From NCBI GenBank assembly GCA_965208315.1, contig OZ242329.1, positions 630,913-694,912 on the forward strand: a stretch of 64,000 bases of DNA, in the 5' to 3' direction. Both the position numbers and the translations under genes were made by a program. The DNA is from Chloroflexota bacterium. Its GTDB lineage: Bacteria > Chloroflexota > UBA11872 > VXOZ01. Positions 1 through 9,745 of the stretch are shown here, in pieces; the stretch's first letter is position 1, and every line of letters begins with the position of its first letter. The notes under the pieces were generated by a model. It ran no database searches. It was not told the origin of the DNA and saw only the letters and a program-made list of their open reading frames with translations.

Positions 1-905
1 CTGCGTGGGTTCCACGCGATCTCCGCCTCATCGGGCCGTACGGGCTTCCGTGTCAACACGCGCAGCGTCTCGCGTGGATTACATACACACTGCGGTATGG
101 TTCCCGGACAGATACACCGCCCGGCAGCACGTTGCAGAAATCCCTTGACTATGCGGTCTTCCAGACTGTGAAACGCTATTACTACCAAGCGACCGCCATG
201 CACTAAGAGATCACGTGCTTGCTCCAAGGCGTTCTGTAAGGATTCAAGCTCCCTGTTTACGGCTATGCGTAGAGCTTGAAACGTCCGCGTGGCCGGATGA
301 ATACGATGCCTGCCTTTGCCATAGACGGATTGCACGATCTTGACCAGTTCGGTGACCACGGTCAAGGGGTGTTCGCAGCGCCGCTCGACGATGCGCCGCG
401 CGATGCGCCGCGCGTAGCGTTCTTCGCCGTACTCCCAAATCAGGGTCGCAAGGTCCTGCTGGTCCCATGTATTTACTATCGTGGCTGCGGTGAGTTCTTG
501 TGTCGGGTCCATACGCATGTCTAGGGGACCATCTGCTTGCAAAGAGAACCCACGGTGCGGGCTTGCAAGCTGTAGAGACGATATGCCGAGGTCGAATAAG
601 ATACCGTGGACTTTGCGATATCCCTCCGCTTCGGCAGCGGCGAGGAGATGAGCGAAATTGCTTTGCGCGAAGACAGCGCGCTTGCCGAAACTGCGGAGAC
701 GCTCAGTACAGCGCACCAGGGCATTGGGATCGAGGTCGACTCCCAAGAGACGACCGGATGGCGTGCTGTGGGAGAGGATCCCTTCAGCGTGTCCGCCTCC
801 GTTCACGGTGCAGTCTATGAATTGTCCGCCGTCGCTCGCCTTGAGGCCTTCCAATACCTGTGGCAGCAAGACGGGCACGTGCCTTGCAAGGGTTTGTGAG
901 GCCAC
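1..905 (-). CDS. rsmH: 16S rRNA C1402 N4-methyltransferase RsmH (MraW), 3' end runs off the window
   Basis: Manual translation from GTG at 905 gives HVPVLLPQVLEGL...FIDCTVNGGGH and, at the window edge, KPVRPDEAEIAWNPR. It lies directly downstream of mraZ. Missing from the ORF track because there is no stop codon in the window. Confidence 0.95.
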   Translation of the reverse strand, partial: MASQTLARHVPVLLPQVLEGLKASDGGQFIDCTVNGGGHAEGILSHSTPSGRLLGVDLDPNALVRCTERLRSFGKRAVFAQSNFAHLLAAAEAEGYRKVHGILFDLGISSLQLASPHRGFSLQADGPLDMRMDPTQELTAATIVNTWDQQDLATLIWEYGEERYARRIARRIVERRCEHPLTVVTELVKIVQSVYGKGRHRIHPATRTFQALRIAVNRELESLQNALEQARDLLVHGGRLVVIAFHSLEDRIVKGFLQRAAGRCICPGTIPQCVCNPRETLRVLTRKPVRPDEAEIAWNPR

Positions 906-1016
906 TGGGCGTTTCCTGACGTTGCGATAATTAAGGGTAGGACCGCGATGCTTGCACTGCGTTGTGCATGAGAACCGACACGTGAGTATGTTGTATGAAG
1001 TCTCTTTAATGAATAG

Positions 1017-1448
1017 CTAGATGCCGAGGTCAGCGAGTTGCTCCGCAAGACTGCCGCCCGCGGCTTCAGTCGTAGCCTTGACCGCGTTCCAATCCTTGAG
1101 ACACCAGACCTCGATGCGCTGATACAGGCCTATAACGGCCACATTCGCGTCTATACCGGCATACTCCCGCAAGAATTGCGGGAGTATCGTGCGTCCTTGA
1201 CTGTCAAGCGAGAGGTCTACGGCTCCTGAGTAGAGCAAGCGGCTGAGGGTTCGGACATTCGGCTGTGTCTGGGGCAACCGGCTGACTTTCTCAGCTAAGG
1301 CTTCCCACTCATTGCGTGGATATATGACCAAGCACTTGTCAAAACCACGCGTGACTACGGCGCCGTCCGCGAGTTCATCACGAAACTTGGCTGGAATAGC
1401 CAGTCGCCCCTTTTGGTCCACTGTGTGCTGGAATTCACCGAGGAACAA
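1017..1448 (-). CDS. mraZ: Division/cell wall cluster transcriptional repressor MraZ
   Basis: FLGEFQHTVDQKGRLAIPAKFR and DSQGRTILP motifs; 143 aa from TTG at 1448 (GTG at 1454 is an alternative start). Confidence 0.97.
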   Translation of the reverse strand: MFLGEFQHTVDQKGRLAIPAKFRDELADGAVVTRGFDKCLVIYPRNEWEALAEKVSRLPQTQPNVRTLSRLLYSGAVDLSLDSQGRTILPQFLREYAGIDANVAVIGLYQRIEVWCLKDWNAVKATTEAAGGSLAEQLADLGI

Positions 1449-1470
1449 AGCCACCTGCCCGCTTAAGGGT

Positions 1471-1512
1471 ACTTTTCCACACTTCCCCCCACTTTTCCCC
1501 ACTCTTATCCAC
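1471..1512 (-). promoter_or_regulatory. MraZ operator: GTGG-type direct repeats with 10-bp period
   Basis: Minus strand reads GTGGATAAGA GTGGGGAAAA GTGGGGGGAA GTGTGGAAAA GT, between the promoter and the mraZ start. Confidence 0.85.
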
Positions 1513-1519
1513 AAGCGCA

Positions 1520-1549
1520 ATTATAGCCGTAGCCAATAGCGGCGGTCAA
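1520..1549 (-). promoter_or_regulatory. Sigma70-type promoter of the mraZ/dcw operon
   Basis: Minus strand TTGACC-N18-TATAAT. Confidence 0.8.
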
Positions 1550-1889
1550 GGTCAGCCGACAGCTTTTTGGAAAAGTCGGATTCCTGGCTTTGTGGCAGGC
1601 TAGGGTGAAGCAGTCAATGTAGAGGGAAGTTTACGCTCGGGCAAAGTAAGGCGGAGAGTATCCCTCCGCTGCCCGACACAACTACGTTGCAGAACGAAGT
1701 CAGCCATTGGCTGCACGAGACATGATGCAGCAGAGGTGTAGGACCGGGTGTGAGGATATCGCAGGCCTTGGGGGAAAGCTATAGAGTCCCTTTATAGTCT
1801 GCGCTACACTTTAAAGAAAGATGTCGGGATGTGAGCGGATCAAAGAGGAGTTCTTGCGGACTCACTCCGAATTGGATTAGCCCAAGCCC

Positions 1890-3092
1890 ATGACCATTAC
1901 GGAAGAACTCACGGCGCGCGCCCAGGAACTCGGCTTCCGGCCGGTCGGCATTGCGCCGGCAGCGCCCTTTACTGAAACCCGCGCCGCGGCGCGCGCCCGC
2001 CTCAAGGCCGGCCACCTCGACGGCATGGCATGGTATACCGCTTCGCGTGTGGAGCGCGGCACGCGGCCGGATTGGCTGCTTTCGGAGGCACGGTCTATTG
2101 TCTCGCTGGCTTTACCCTACTATGTTGGTGACGTTTCAACGGTTTCCATTCGTTCCGGTGAGCCTCATGGTGTTGTGTCGCGCTATGCGTGGGGCAGGGA
2201 CTACCATAATGTGCTGCGGAAGAAACTCAAGGCTTTGGTATCGTTCTTAGAGTCAAAGCACGCCTCCGCGCGCTTCTTTGCCGACACCGGTCCGATTCTC
2301 GATCGGGCTGCGGCATTTCGTGCCGGTGTAGGTTGGTATGGAAAGAGCACCATGATTCTGACCGAGGAGCAGGGCACGTGGGTCTTCCTCGCCGAGATAA
2401 TCACGGACCTGAAGCTGGAATACTCTAAGCCCCTGAAGAAGACTTGCGGGAGTTGTACCCGGTGCATCGATGCTTGTCCTACCGGGGCAATCGTGGCTCC
2501 CTATCAGGTCGATGCCCGCCGCTGCATTGCCTACCTGACTATCGAAAATCGCGGCGGCATACCCCGTGAATTCCGGTCGCAGATAGGCACCCGCGTCTTT
2601 GGCTGCGACATTTGCCAGGACGTATGCCCGGTGAATCGCTATCCGGAGGCAAACGGCGACGAGGACTTTCTGCCGCGGCCCGGCGTTGGCCCCACCATTT
2701 CGCTGCTCCCCTTGCTCGAGATCAGCGAAGAGGAGTTTCAGCGTCGCTTTCAGGGTACGCCGCTCATGCGCGCGAAGCGACAGGGATTGAGACGGAATGC
2801 CATCGTAGCACTGGGCAATGCGGGCGATCCGGCGGCGATCCCCGCGCTGCGCCGCGTTCTGCTTGACGATGAGGAAGCTGCCGTGCTGCGCGGGCACGCG
2901 GCATGGGCACTGGGGCGCTTCAGGGAATCAGCGGCAAAGTCGGCCTTGCGCCAGTCACTCGAGCAGGAATCTCCGCCGGAGGTTCGGGCCGAAGTTGAAG
3001 CTGCCCTTCGGAGTTCGGGAAGCCCGGAATCCGCTCACAATCTCCAGCAGACTGAGCGCGACGATTCCTTACTTTCGACCTCGGCTGAGTGA
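1890..3092 (+). CDS. queG: tRNA epoxyqueuosine(34) reductase QueG
   Basis: SRYAWGRDYH, CGSCTRCIDACPTGA, RRCIAYLTIE and FGCDICQDVCP motifs, plus a C-terminal HEAT-like repeat. Confidence 0.95.
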   Translation: MTITEELTARAQELGFRPVGIAPAAPFTETRAAARARLKAGHLDGMAWYTASRVERGTRPDWLLSEARSIVSLALPYYVGDVSTVSIRSGEPHGVVSRYAWGRDYHNVLRKKLKALVSFLESKHASARFFADTGPILDRAAAFRAGVGWYGKSTMILTEEQGTWVFLAEIITDLKLEYSKPLKKTCGSCTRCIDACPTGAIVAPYQVDARRCIAYLTIENRGGIPREFRSQIGTRVFGCDICQDVCPVNRYPEANGDEDFLPRPGVGPTISLLPLLEISEEEFQRRFQGTPLMRAKRQGLRRNAIVALGNAGDPAAIPALRRVLLDDEEAAVLRGHAAWALGRFRESAAKSALRQSLEQESPPEVRAEVEAALRSSGSPESAHNLQQTERDDSLLSTSAE

Positions 3093-3160
3093 GGGTGTCG
3101 AGTCTCTAACTGCTCTAGCGTATCCTGACCGCAAGAGATGCTTCGACTAACTCTGCAAGA

Positions 3161-3628
3161 TCAAGAGTCGATCTCGTCATTCCAGCGAACTGCGGCAAAG
3201 GGGTCATAGGTGAAGTGCTCGACCGCTTGCCCTCCTTCCAGGTGTTCGCTCACAATCGTGCGCACGTCGCGCGGCAGGATGTTGCAGTAGAACGTGCCTT
3301 CGGGATAGACCTGCATCACCGGCGCGCGCAGACAGTGGCTAAGGCATGTCGCCGTGTACACGTGCACGCGGTCTTCGAGTTCCTGTCGCTCGATCTGCTT
3401 CTTGAGTTCAGTCAGAATGCCCCGGCTCTTTTGATCGGAGCAAGACGGCCCAATGCAAACGAATACCCGCCGCGGCCGGTTTTCTTCATCCCAAGCGCTG
3501 GCCGTAGGCTCTGATTCCACTAACTCACTGCGCGCTTCGCCCGCGCTGTCTCTACCCCGTGAAGAGCCTTGACGCTTCTTGCGTCTGCGCGAATCTCGTT
3601 TCTTCGACGCTTGCGCTTCCCTACCCAT
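3161..3628 (-). CDS. Thioredoxin-like [2Fe-2S] ferredoxin family protein with a basic N-terminal extension
   Basis: VFVCIGPSC...TCLSHCLRAPVMQVYPEGTFY; start ATG 3628 is inferred. Confidence 0.85.
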   Translation of the reverse strand: MGREAQASKKRDSRRRKKRQGSSRGRDSAGEARSELVESEPTASAWDEENRPRRVFVCIGPSCSDQKSRGILTELKKQIERQELEDRVHVYTATCLSHCLRAPVMQVYPEGTFYCNILPRDVRTIVSEHLEGGQAVEHFTYDPFAAVRWNDEIDS

Positions 3629-4073
3629 GGCGACGCGGATCCTCAGCGAAGGACTCAATAGCGATGTGCCCTGCAATGGGCACGGCTTGCGTTTAGTATA
3701 CGGCGCACCCGATGCTCTGTAAACATGCGATTTGGGTTAGACCGGTTGCGCCTCTGCGACCTTTAATCCATTGTCCCACGAGCAAATGTAACCGCGTTGA
3801 GATTCACGTCTGAGGCATGTGATTTCCCCATCTGTCGGTATTGTGCAATATCCTTTCTCTCTCGTGAACGGCCGCAATTTGCGGCATTCTCCCCTTTCCT
3901 GAACAAAGACCCAAGAGCCAATCGGTGCTCACGTCCATTGCGGCCAGCCTTGCGGAGAGCGAACCGAATGCGGTTCCATCTTGTAGCAAAGTCCATGCGA
4001 CTTGTACTGCGGCCGGTTGAGGGCGGCTTCGCGGTCAAGTATCTTGGTAGGCAGCAACCACCTGTAGCCGGCT

Positions 4074-5669
4074 TTGGCGAGGGTAAGCATCGATACCTAC
4101 GACTACATTGTCATCGGCAGCGGCATCGCGGGACTTTATGCCGCTCATTACGCGCGGCAATTCGGTACCGTTCTGATCTTGACCAAGGGACGGCTCTCGC
4201 AATCGAATACGCGCTATGCCCAAGGTGGCGTGGCGGCCGCCGTTGCCGCGGACGACAGCCCGGTCTTGCACTGGGAAGACACCATGATCGCCGGCGCGGG
4301 TCTGTGCGATCCGCATGCCGTGATGGCCATGGTCTCCGAGGGCCCCGCCTGTGTGCGTGAACTGATGTCGCTTGGCGTAAACTTCGACACCCTGCACGGC
4401 GAGATCAACCTGGCAATGGAGGGGGCGCACTCTGTGCCGCGCGTGCTGCACGCTCGCGGGGACGCTACCGGCGCTGAGATCGAAGGCGCGCTCACTCGCC
4501 ATACGCGGCGCACGGCGGTTACGATCCGCGAAAATCATCTTGCTACGAAACTGCTTCTGCGGGGCGGACGCTGCGTCGGAGTAGAAGCGCTGGACAAGCG
4601 CCAAGGATCAGTGCAAACGTATGGCTGTCGCAATGTCATCTTGTGCTCCGGCGGCGCCGGCCAGTTGTTCGCCTACACCACGAATCCGGGCATTGCCACC
4701 GGGGATGGCGTTGCTCTGGCATTCCAAGCCGGTGCGGGTATAGCGGACATGGAGTTTTTCCAATTTCATCCCACCGCGCTGCGCATGCGGGGCGCGCCGT
4801 CGTTCTTGATCTCCGAGGCCGTACGCGGCGCGGGAGCGCACTTGCTCAATAGCCGCAGTGAGCGGTTTATGGCTCGCTACCACGAACTCGCTGAACTTGC
4901 ACCCCGCGACGTCGTAGCGCGCGCCGCAGTTACGGAGATGTCCCACACGAAAGGCGAGTGTATCTATCTGGATCTGCGGCACATGGACGCCGCGGAAACA
5001 CGGACCCACTTTCCTACGATCTATTCACGCTGCCGACGATACGGGCTGGACATAACAACCGATCCCGTCCCTGTGGCGCCTGCGGCGCACTACATGACGG
5101 GGGGAGTGCGCACCGATCTTCGTGGACGCACGTCTGTGCCGGGCCTCTACGCGTGCGGGGAGGTGGCGTGCACCGGTGTGCATGGCGCTAACCGTCTCGC
5201 GAGCAACTCTTTGCTCGAGGCCTTAGTATTCGCGCGGCGTATTGTGCTGGATTCCCAGGGGATTTCTGTGCCGGAGTATGCTTTGCTGCAGAAAACGGAA
5301 CCGGCGCTTGCGCGGAGCAAGCACGTTCGCGTTGAAATACCTCCCGTGGCGACTACCCGCAAGCGCGCTGGGGGAACACTGCCTGCGCTCAAACGTCTGA
5401 TGTGGCACAATACGGGCATCGTGCGGGAGGAAGCGGGCCTCGCCGAGGCTGAAGCGCAATTGCAGGAGTGGCTCGCGCGCACGCCGGCCGGGAAGAAGCA
5501 GCGTCAATATGAATACCGCTCATCGTTGGTGTTGGGATTGCTGCTGACAACTGCCGCTCGCATGCGCAGAGAGAGCCGTGGGGCGCACTATCGTCAAGAC
5601 TTTCCCGATCCGCATGATTCGTGGCGCCACCGCATCGTTATCTATCCGGAGAGTTGCGATAACTCCTGA
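4074..5669 (+). CDS. nadB: L-aspartate oxidase
   Basis: GSGIAGL, YAQGGVAA, EGAHS, QFHPT, GVHGANRLASNSLLE and RESRGAHYR motifs; adjacent to nadC. Confidence 0.95.
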   Translation: MARVSIDTYDYIVIGSGIAGLYAAHYARQFGTVLILTKGRLSQSNTRYAQGGVAAAVAADDSPVLHWEDTMIAGAGLCDPHAVMAMVSEGPACVRELMSLGVNFDTLHGEINLAMEGAHSVPRVLHARGDATGAEIEGALTRHTRRTAVTIRENHLATKLLLRGGRCVGVEALDKRQGSVQTYGCRNVILCSGGAGQLFAYTTNPGIATGDGVALAFQAGAGIADMEFFQFHPTALRMRGAPSFLISEAVRGAGAHLLNSRSERFMARYHELAELAPRDVVARAAVTEMSHTKGECIYLDLRHMDAAETRTHFPTIYSRCRRYGLDITTDPVPVAPAAHYMTGGVRTDLRGRTSVPGLYACGEVACTGVHGANRLASNSLLEALVFARRIVLDSQGISVPEYALLQKTEPALARSKHVRVEIPPVATTRKRAGGTLPALKRLMWHNTGIVREEAGLAEAEAQLQEWLARTPAGKKQRQYEYRSSLVLGLLLTTAARMRRESRGAHYRQDFPDPHDSWRHRIVIYPESCDNS

Positions 5670-5715
5670 ACTCATGGGTACGAGACCGTGAGTCTTCTGT
5701 AAGGCGAATCCGATC

Positions 5716-6570
5716 ATGACCGCACCTGCTTTGCCCTTCTCACCCGACTTGATTGACGATGCCCTGCGCCGCGCCTTGGCGGAAGACGTAGGCGCAGGGG
5801 ATGTCACAACGCTTGCTCTTGTCCCTGCCGATCAAACAGGTATAGCGGTGGCGTATGCCAAAGAAGCGGGTGTATTGGCGGGGAATGCCATCGCCGCAAG
5901 AGTCTTCACGCTCTTGGATAGCTCTGTGCATGCAACTCCGCTTTGTGCCGATGGTGACGCGCTCACACCGGGCGCTCGCTTTCTGCGCGTCGAGGGACCG
6001 CTACAGGCCATCCTTACCGGGGAACGTCTGGCGCTTAATGTTCTGAGGCACCTTTCCGGTATTGCCACGTTGACGCGTGCGTTTGTGAAAGCCGTGGAAG
6101 GTACGGGCGCTCAGATTATCGATACCCGCAAGACGACGCCCGGCCTGCGGCTCTTTGAGAAATACGCCGTGCGTGTTGGGGGCGGCCGGAATCATCGCAT
6201 AGGCCTCTTTGACGGCGTACTCATCAAGGACAACCACATTGCCGCCTGCGGCTCAGTTTCAAGTGCCGTGAAGAAGGCGAGGGCTTCCGTGCATCACCTG
6301 CTCAAGATCGAGATCGAGGCGAAGACTATGGAGCAGGTAGCCGAGGCGCTGGAGGCAGGCGCGGATGGTATCTTGCTGGACAACATGCCGCCGGACACGA
6401 TGGCACAGGCGGTAGCGTTAGTGAGAGGCAGGGCGTTTACCGAGGCTTCGGGAAACATTACGCTCGAGTCGGTTAGAGATGCGGCACGCTCTGGTGTAGA
6501 CTTGATCTCGGTGGGCATGCTGACGCATTCAGCAGCCGTCTTAGACATTAGTCTTGACATTGAAGGGTGA
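5716..6570 (+). CDS. nadC: Nicotinate-nucleotide diphosphorylase (quinolinate phosphoribosyltransferase)
   Basis: DTRKTTPGLR, NHRIGLFDGVLIKDNH and EASGNI motifs. Confidence 0.97.
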   Translation: MTAPALPFSPDLIDDALRRALAEDVGAGDVTTLALVPADQTGIAVAYAKEAGVLAGNAIAARVFTLLDSSVHATPLCADGDALTPGARFLRVEGPLQAILTGERLALNVLRHLSGIATLTRAFVKAVEGTGAQIIDTRKTTPGLRLFEKYAVRVGGGRNHRIGLFDGVLIKDNHIAACGSVSSAVKKARASVHHLLKIEIEAKTMEQVAEALEAGADGILLDNMPPDTMAQAVALVRGRAFTEASGNITLESVRDAARSGVDLISVGMLTHSAAVLDISLDIEG

Positions 6571-6574
6571 TCTA

Positions 6575-6934
6575 ATGGCCCCGGCGTTGGTTTTTGAAAG
6601 GCAGTACCGAACCCCCATGTCCGAGGGCTATCGCGTGCACAGGGATGGAACACAGCTTGCGCAAGTGGAATTGCATTACGCTCACACGGTTGTCTACTGC
6701 ACGCTGGTACTTTTCCAAGACCTCTCCGAACACGAGCAGTTTGCCGTAATCGAAGAGATCGACAATCACCTCGTCTTATCAGCGGAGGTGCCGCGTGAGG
6801 ATATGATGGTCACTGTTTACCGAGGCGAGGAAGTCGGGTTCTACAACGACGACATGTTCGGTCACGCGCTCGCTGAAGAGGAGAGAAAGAACACGCCGCT
6901 CCAGCCGGAAGACTCAGGGCCTTACGGAGACTAG
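6575..6934 (+). CDS. Conserved hypothetical protein (resembles a Chloroflexota-conserved small protein)
   Basis: ATG 4 nt after the nadC stop; FERQYRTPMSEGY...REDMMVTVYRGEEVGFY. The family resemblance is from memory only. Confidence 0.7.
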   Translation: MAPALVFERQYRTPMSEGYRVHRDGTQLAQVELHYAHTVVYCTLVLFQDLSEHEQFAVIEEIDNHLVLSAEVPREDMMVTVYRGEEVGFYNDDMFGHALAEEERKNTPLQPEDSGPYGD

Positions 6935-6974
6935 GCCGCCCTATACTTTGCGGCTGTGCTGAAGTGAAGCACGC

Positions 6975-7562
6975 TTACGTGGCGTGCACACGCCCAAGCG
7001 ATCCCTCGAGCGCGAGCAGCCGTTCTTTCCACGGCAGACCCCGTGTGTAGCCGCCAAAGCTGCCGTCGCTGGCAATGACACGATGGCAAGGCACAATAAC
7101 AGGCAGGGGATTCTGCCCCAAGGCGTTGCCGACGGCCCGATACGCCTGCGGCTTGCCGATGCGCTTGGCAATCTCCTGATAGGTTGCGAGTGTGCCGTAT
7201 TCGACGAAGTTCGTCTCTTCCCAAACCGCTCGTTGAAACGCTGTTCCGGTCAAGGCGACGGGCACACGGAAAGCCACGCCTTCGCCGGCAAAGAAGGCAA
7301 GCAGTTCACTGACAGCAAGCTCTGCTATTTGCTCCGATTTGCCGTTCCCACTGAGAGAGGAATCCAGTTCTTCTTCTAAAGTCCTGCCCGCTTCCAATTC
7401 GTTATCGTGTCCAAACGTGGCACTAGAGACGCCTTCCGAAGTTGCCGCTACCGCAAACCACCCCCAGTCGTTTCCGGCTTCGGCTATGCGCACTGAATGC
7501 CCGTTATTAGAGAGCTGACGAGAACGTGGCCGGGTCTGTGGTTGTGCGCGGATACTCGCCAT
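6975..7562 (-). CDS. ogt: Methylated-DNA--protein-cysteine S-methyltransferase
   Basis: GTAFQRAVW, RAVGNA and the PCHRV active site. Confidence 0.93.
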   Translation of the reverse strand: MASIRAQPQTRPRSRQLSNNGHSVRIAEAGNDWGWFAVAATSEGVSSATFGHDNELEAGRTLEEELDSSLSGNGKSEQIAELAVSELLAFFAGEGVAFRVPVALTGTAFQRAVWEETNFVEYGTLATYQEIAKRIGKPQAYRAVGNALGQNPLPVIVPCHRVIASDGSFGGYTRGLPWKERLLALEGSLGRVHAT

Positions 7563-7622
7563 GCTGGACCTTTCACATTGTGCCTTGGTGCGCTGAAACT
7601 CTCTTAAGTTAGGGTCCGGAGT

Positions 7623-8567
7623 CTATACTCTGGCCCCCGGCACCGGAACGGATTCCATGAGCTCCAGGACCACGTCGTTGGTGCTGGTGTTCCGCACGCC
7701 CGCGCCGGGACTGACGATCAAGCGGTGCGCCAGCGTGGGTACGGCCATATACTTCACGTCATCCGGCGTGGCGTAGTCGCGACCCATCAGGGTCGCCCGC
7801 GCCTGGGCGGTGTGGTCGAGGGCCAGGCTGCCGCGCGGGCTTGCGCCCAGGTACACGTCCGGATGCTGCCGCGTCGCATTCACAAGTTCCACGATGTATT
7901 CGCGCACCAAGCGGTCAACATACACTTCCCGCGTGCGTTGCTGCATTTCGACCAGTTCCCGGACTTCCACAACCTGGCTTATCTCGTCGAGGGGTTGCGA
8001 ACGTTGCTGTGTTTCGAGAACGGTCATTTCATCGGCCCGGCGGGGATATCCGAGTTCGATGCGCATGAGAAAGCGGTCGAGTTGCGCTTCAGGCAGCGGG
8101 AACGTGCCTTCGTATTCGATAGGGTTTTGGGTAGCCAGCACGAGAAAGGGGTTGGGGAGAGGGAACGTCTGTCCTTCGACTGTGATGTGCCGTTCCTCCA
8201 TGGCTTCGAGCAAGGCCGATTGTGTCTTGGGAGTAGCGCGGTTGATTTCGTCGGCAAGGACGATCTGCGCCATGATTGGACCCGGTCGAAACTCGAATTC
8301 ATTCGTCTTCTGGTTGTAGATGAAGACACCGGTAATGTCGCTCGGCAGCATGTCCGGGGTGAATTGGAGGCGCTTGAAGCTGCACCCAATCGAGCGCGCC
8401 ACGGCTTTCGCCAGCGAGGTCTTGCCGACGCCAGGCACGTCTTCAACTAAGACATGCCCCCCGCACAGCAGGGCGATCAGGGTGAGCTCTACCTCCGCAT
8501 GCTTGCCAATTATGACTCTCTCAACATTGTCAATAACGCGTTCCGCAAAGTCTTGGATTCCTTCCAT
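7623..8567 (-). CDS. moxR: MoxR-family AAA+ ATPase
   Basis: [35 protein letters not shown] and [22 protein letters not shown] motifs. Confidence 0.95.
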   Translation of the reverse strand: MEGIQDFAERVIDNVERVIIGKHAEVELTLIALLCGGHVLVEDVPGVGKTSLAKAVARSIGCSFKRLQFTPDMLPSDITGVFIYNQKTNEFEFRPGPIMAQIVLADEINRATPKTQSALLEAMEERHITVEGQTFPLPNPFLVLATQNPIEYEGTFPLPEAQLDRFLMRIELGYPRRADEMTVLETQQRSQPLDEISQVVEVRELVEMQQRTREVYVDRLVREYIVELVNATRQHPDVYLGASPRGSLALDHTAQARATLMGRDYATPDDVKYMAVPTLAHRLIVSPGAGVRNTSTNDVVLELMESVPVPGARV

Positions 8568-8782
8568 GTGGTGTCCTCACCCTTCTCGAACCGCTACAAG
8601 AGATTTCACCTAAAGTATACACGTGTTCCCGCCGCGCTTGAGACAGAACCGGCCAGGCTTAACGACGACTGCCGCTGCTCCACGGGAAGACATCGATTCG
8701 TGCCAAGGCACGTTCAGCTTGCCTAGCTCTATTGTAGCCACTATGCTGAATTAAACCTGAGATTACATGAAGGAGCATAGTT

Positions 8783-9565
8783 GTGACCGTTGAACAGATC
8801 GGGCTTCGGCGCAGAATCGCGCAGAATGAAACAATGTACGGTGTCTTCGTGGATGCGCCGACTATTTCACACGTAGAAACTCTCGCCATTGCGGGCTTCG
8901 ACTTCGTCATCATCGACCAGGAGCATGGCCACATCAACGCCGAGAGTCTCGTGCATCTCGTGAGCGCCTGCGATCACTTTGGCATTGCCTCCCTGGTACG
9001 TATACCTACCCTGGCGTCCTGGCTGATTGGCCCGGCGCTCGACTGCGGTTCGTCCGGTGTGCAGGTACCCTTTGTGTCAAGCGCGGAGGAAGCCAAGGCT
9101 GCCGTTGCCGCCGCGCGGTTTGCGCCGGATGGAGAGCGTGGTGTGCACATCTTCCTACGCGGCGGGCAGTATGGCGCATTGGGCGCCGAGGGCTATTTTG
9201 CAGCCTGCAATGAGAACCAGGCCGTCGTGCTTCAGGTAGAGGGCGCGCAGGGTGTGGAAAACCTCGAAGCCATTGCCGCCGTGCCCGGCTATGACTCGAT
9301 CTTCATCGGGCCGTACGACCTCTCGCAATCCCTTGGTGTCTCCGGCCAGACCGGCCACCCGCGGGTAGTGGAAGTCATCGAGCGGACGGTAGCGCTGTGC
9401 GGGCAGCATGGCAAAGTGGTCGGCACGTTTGTAAACACGCCGGAGGACGCGGCCGCGTGGGCTAAGCGGGGGGTCAAGATGGTCTCCGTCTCGTGCGATA
9501 CGAATATCTTCTATCGCGCGTGCACCGACCTGCGGCAGGCTATAGCGGAAGCTGCGGGAACGTAG
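8783..9565 (+). CDS. HpcH/HpaI aldolase family protein
   Basis: FDFVIIDQEHG, ALDCG..GVQVP and FIGPYDLSQSLG motifs. Confidence 0.92.
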   Translation: MTVEQIGLRRRIAQNETMYGVFVDAPTISHVETLAIAGFDFVIIDQEHGHINAESLVHLVSACDHFGIASLVRIPTLASWLIGPALDCGSSGVQVPFVSSAEEAKAAVAAARFAPDGERGVHIFLRGGQYGALGAEGYFAACNENQAVVLQVEGAQGVENLEAIAAVPGYDSIFIGPYDLSQSLGVSGQTGHPRVVEVIERTVALCGQHGKVVGTFVNTPEDAAAWAKRGVKMVSVSCDTNIFYRACTDLRQAIAEAAGT

Positions 9566-9639
9566 GCACCGGCGCTGGGGCGGTTTCTTGACAAGCGAGC
9601 GGCGGGCACGCCGTCTGGTCACGCAGGATTCTCTGAGAG

Positions 9640-9718
9640 CCGTTCGTGATGAGTTCGCCTGTCCTGAGCACTTCGACAGGCTCAGCACGGGCTTGTCGAA
9701 GGGTCGCACCCTGAACGG
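9640..9718. repeat. REP-like palindromic element, family 1 (CCTGAGC/TTCGACAGGCTCAG)
   Basis: CCGTTCG...CCTGAGCACTTCGACAGGCTCAGCACGGGCTTGTCGAAGGG...GAACGG between convergent genes. Confidence 0.8.
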
Positions 9719-9745
9719 CTCTTGCCGAATTGCTAAGGGTACTCC

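Noticed and set aside
3700-4073. Possible NAD riboswitch or ORF upstream of nadB
   Set aside because: No match to a riboswitch consensus I can recognise; the ORFs there lack RBS and motifs.
7623-8567. MoxR with DUF58/VWA partners as a chaperone operon
   Set aside because: No partner genes are adjacent, and solitary paralogues are ordinary.
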